The position numbers and the translations under genes are program-made. A stretch of DNA of 64,000 nucleotides from Octopus sinensis (lineage: Eukaryota). The notes under the pieces were generated by a model, which worked only from the letters and a program-made list of their open reading frames with translations, made no database searches and was not told the DNA's origin. The DNA lies in contig NC_042999.1 of the NCBI RefSeq assembly GCF_006345805.1, positions 8,618,001 to 8,682,000 on the forward strand, given 5' to 3'. Below are positions 61,286-64,000 of this stretch, one piece after another. The stretch's first letter is position 1. Each line of letters begins with the position of its first letter.

Positions 61286-61691
61286 AAGGCGGCGAGATGG
61301 CAGAAACGTCAGCACGCCAAGCGTAGCCGTATTTCGTCTGCCGTTACGTTCTGAGTTCAAATTCCGCCGAGGTCGACTTTGCCTTTCATCCTTTCAGGGT
61401 CGATAACTTAAGAACAAGTTACGCACTGGGGTCGATATAATCGACTTAATCCCTTTGTCTGTCCTTGTTTGTCCCCTCTGTGTTTAGCCCCTTGTGGGTA
61501 ATAAAGAAATAAGTATTTCGTCTACCGTTACGTTCTGAGTTCAAATTCCGCCGAGGTCGACTTTGCCTTTCATCCTTTCGGAGTCGATTAAATAAGTACC
61601 AGTTACGCACTGTGGTAGATGTAATCGACTTAATCCGTTTGTCTGTCTTTGTTTGTCCCCTCTGTGTTTAGCTCCTTGTGGGTAGTAAAGA
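61286..61691 (+). mobile_element. Family-C SINE, head plus two C1 units
   Basis: Junction AAAGAAATAA|GTATTTCG near 61505; flanked by a 60-bp direct repeat. Confidence 0.9.
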
Positions 61692-61754
61692 AATATAAAT
61701 AATAGTTGCGACAATTTCTGATATTGTATTGAGATGGTAATATACAACTATATA

Positions 61755-61976
61755 GGGCGGCAGAATCGTTAGCACGCCGGGCGAAATGCTTAGCTGTATT
61801 TCGTCTGCCGCTACGCTCTGAGTTCAAATTCCGCCGAGGTCGACTTTGCCTTTCATCCTTTCGGGGTCGATAACTTAAGTACCAGTTACGCACTGGGGAC
61901 GATATAATCGACTTAATCCATTTGTCTGTCCTTGTTTACCCTCTCTATGCTTATCCCCTGCGGGCACTAAAGAAAT
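61755..61976 (+). mobile_element. Family-C SINE, head plus one C1 unit
   Basis: GGGCGGCAGAATCGTTAGCACGCCGGG...AAAGAAATAAAT. Confidence 0.88.
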
Positions 61977-62028
61977 AAATATATAACTGTGTCATATATA
62001 CATATGTGTGTGTGTGTACGTGTGTATG

Positions 62029-62077
<49 letters not shown>

Positions 62078-62096
62078 GTATGTGCATACGTGCGTG

Positions 62097-62152
<56 letters not shown>

Positions 62153-63121
62153 TCTCTATGTTATATGTATATAAATATATGTATGTATATATATATATGT
62201 ATACACACACATGCATGTATATGTGTATGGATATATATTTCATACACAGACACACACACACAAAGGTTAGTCTTGATCTGTTGCTGTCAGACAACTCTCA
62301 CTTAAACTCGCCACACTTATAATAACACACAATTTGATAATGTCCACCGACCAGATGCTAAAGACATTTCCAATTGCTCTTAATCGAACGAAATTGTTGT
62401 ATCAGATATCATTACAATAATTTTTATTATCACCTCCAATAATCTACTCATATCTACAACGTCAATTAGATTCTTGATGGAATTCTCAAATATTACCATT
62501 ATATTAGATTAAATTTGTCAGTTTGCGCGTTTCCATATTTTGCTCGCAGATTCTGTCCACCTCATATTTCTCAGTGTTTCTGCCTGGTGTTTTACGACGT
62601 ATGCGTGTGTGTGTATGTGTGTGTGTGTGTTATACTATGTCCCGAAAGATTTTTGTATTTCATTATTTAAATGCGACAGTCATTAACATTCGGAACGGCT
62701 ATTATTTTATAACTATTATTTGAATTATACTCTAAATCTTGCAGACTTGGTCCTACTACGAAACATTTCCTCATAATATCTGTAGTTTACTGCCTCTCTC
62801 CCTCTCTCTCTCTCTCTCTCACTCTTTACCTCTCTCTCTCTCTCACTCTTTCCCCCCCTCTCTCTCTCTCACTCTTTGCCTCTCTCTCTCACTCTTTTCC
62901 CATCTCTCTCTCACTCTTTGCCTCTCTCTCTCTCTAACTACCCCAGTTTGTCTTACGCGTATAAATGTATGCATGTATGTATGGATAACATATGTATCAG
63001 ACTTCTATTATGGTCTCCACTTTCTAAAAAGGTTCTTTTCTCAATTTTAACTCTTTGAGAATGCAACACAGAAAGAAACAAGGAGAGAAAATAAAGAATA
63101 TGTAATGGCTAGCGATCTATC

Positions 63122-63234
63122 ATGGCGAATAATATTGGAACACTAGGTTTTGTTAGTAAATGCTTAAAGGAGAATCTGGATAAACTGGGATTTTCAGAAA
63201 GTGAAACTGAGCGGCTAATTCGTACATTACAAGT
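63122..63234 (+). pseudogene. Probable C-terminus of an RLE-type (R4/Dong/NeSL-like) non-LTR retrotransposon ORF
   Basis: IGTLGFVSKCLKENLDKLGFSESETERLIRTLQ resembles the terminal motif IG.LG.VPK.L...L..LG....I..LQ; truncated by the gap. Confidence 0.5.
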
Positions 63235-63334
63235 NNNNNNNNNNNNNNNNNNNNNNNNNNNNNNNNNNNNNNNNNNNNNNNNNNNNNNNNNNNNNNNNNN
63301 NNNNNNNNNNNNNNNNNNNNNNNNNNNNNNNNNN
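63235..63334. other. Assembly gap (100 N)
   Basis: Run of N; the round length suggests an unsized scaffold gap. Confidence 1.
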
Positions 63335-63673
63335 CCTTTTAATTAAGATTATAAAAATCTGTTTTTATTTGTAACATCGGTAAACACGGTTTCACAGCTT
63401 TTGTCGCAGCCGACATTTCCTCCCTCACCCAAAATGAGAACTATCCTGTGCTGCGATGCCTCGTCTAGATATGAAGCACATCGATAAACCACACGCAGTG
63501 CTTTATCGTTTGAGTTGTAGTAGGGCAGTTTAAAGTTTGTTTCCTTCATAGTTCAAGCCATTCCACTTTGGCTGGAGTTTGTAGCGGTAATGACCACAAG
63601 GGAAGTGAGAAAGATGTAAACATGCAGTGACTTCTCTTTCCTGCCTTCAACTGTAACAACAGTTTCGTTTCCA

Positions 63674-64000
63674 AAGGCGGCGAGCTGGCCGAAAGGTTAG
63701 CGCGCCGGGCGAAATGCTTAGCGCTATTTCGTCTGTCGTTACGTTCTGAGTTCAAATTTCGCCGAGGTCGACTTTGCCTTTCATCCTTTCGGGATCGATA
63801 AATTTAGTACCAGTTACGCACTGGGGTCGATGTGATCGACTTAATGTCTATGCCTGTCCTTGTTTGTCCCCTCTATGTTTAGCCCCTTGTGGCTAATAAA
63901 GGAATAGATCTTTCGTCTGTCGTTACGGTTTTGAGTTCAATTCCGCCGAGGTCGACTTTGCCTTTCCATCCTTTCGGGGTCGATAAATTAAGTACCAGTT
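63674..64000 (+). mobile_element. Family-C SINE, head plus one C1 unit plus the start of a second unit, cut by the window edge
   Basis: AAGGCGGCGAGCTGGCCGAAAGG..; junction GGAATAG|ATCTTTCGTCTG near 63905. Confidence 0.9.

Noticed and set aside
63122-63346. ORF spanning the N gap
   Set aside because: Continuity across an unsized gap is meaningless; only the left part was kept, as a LINE relic.

Overview
Repeat-saturated, gene-poor eukaryotic DNA. The SINE repertoire, microsatellite load and AT content point to an Octopus genome (inference). No intact protein-coding gene is supported, and the long ORFs in the track are microsatellite or SINE artefacts. Content: (i) about 50 tRNA-headed SINE copies or fragments in four head/body families (my labels A, B, C, E) with interchangeable 3' tails; (ii) 3' fragments of RTE-clade LINEs (label D is one LINE 3' UTR), one of which visibly donated a SINE tail; (iii) decayed mariner, hAT and Helitron transposases, plus a cluster of non-autonomous Helitrons at 28.3-33.3 kb; (iv) very large simple repeats, including a 3.85-kb TATG/CATG array with higher-order structure; (v) a 100-N gap. 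The most interesting signals are these. First, a hammerhead-ribozyme-like motif at 51.65-51.71 kb, with a second copy at 52.49-52.55 kb, whose three strands are joined in the reverse of the known type I/II/III order, inside a direct-plus-inverted 770-bp repeat. Second, a near-canonical type I hammerhead hidden in an apparent MITE at 30.6-30.8 kb. Third, family-C SINEs forming head+n x 184-bp arrays, apparently by inserting into a fixed GGTATTTC site in older copies of themselves. Coordinates were counted by eye and may be off by a few bases. No folding, alignment or database search was run.
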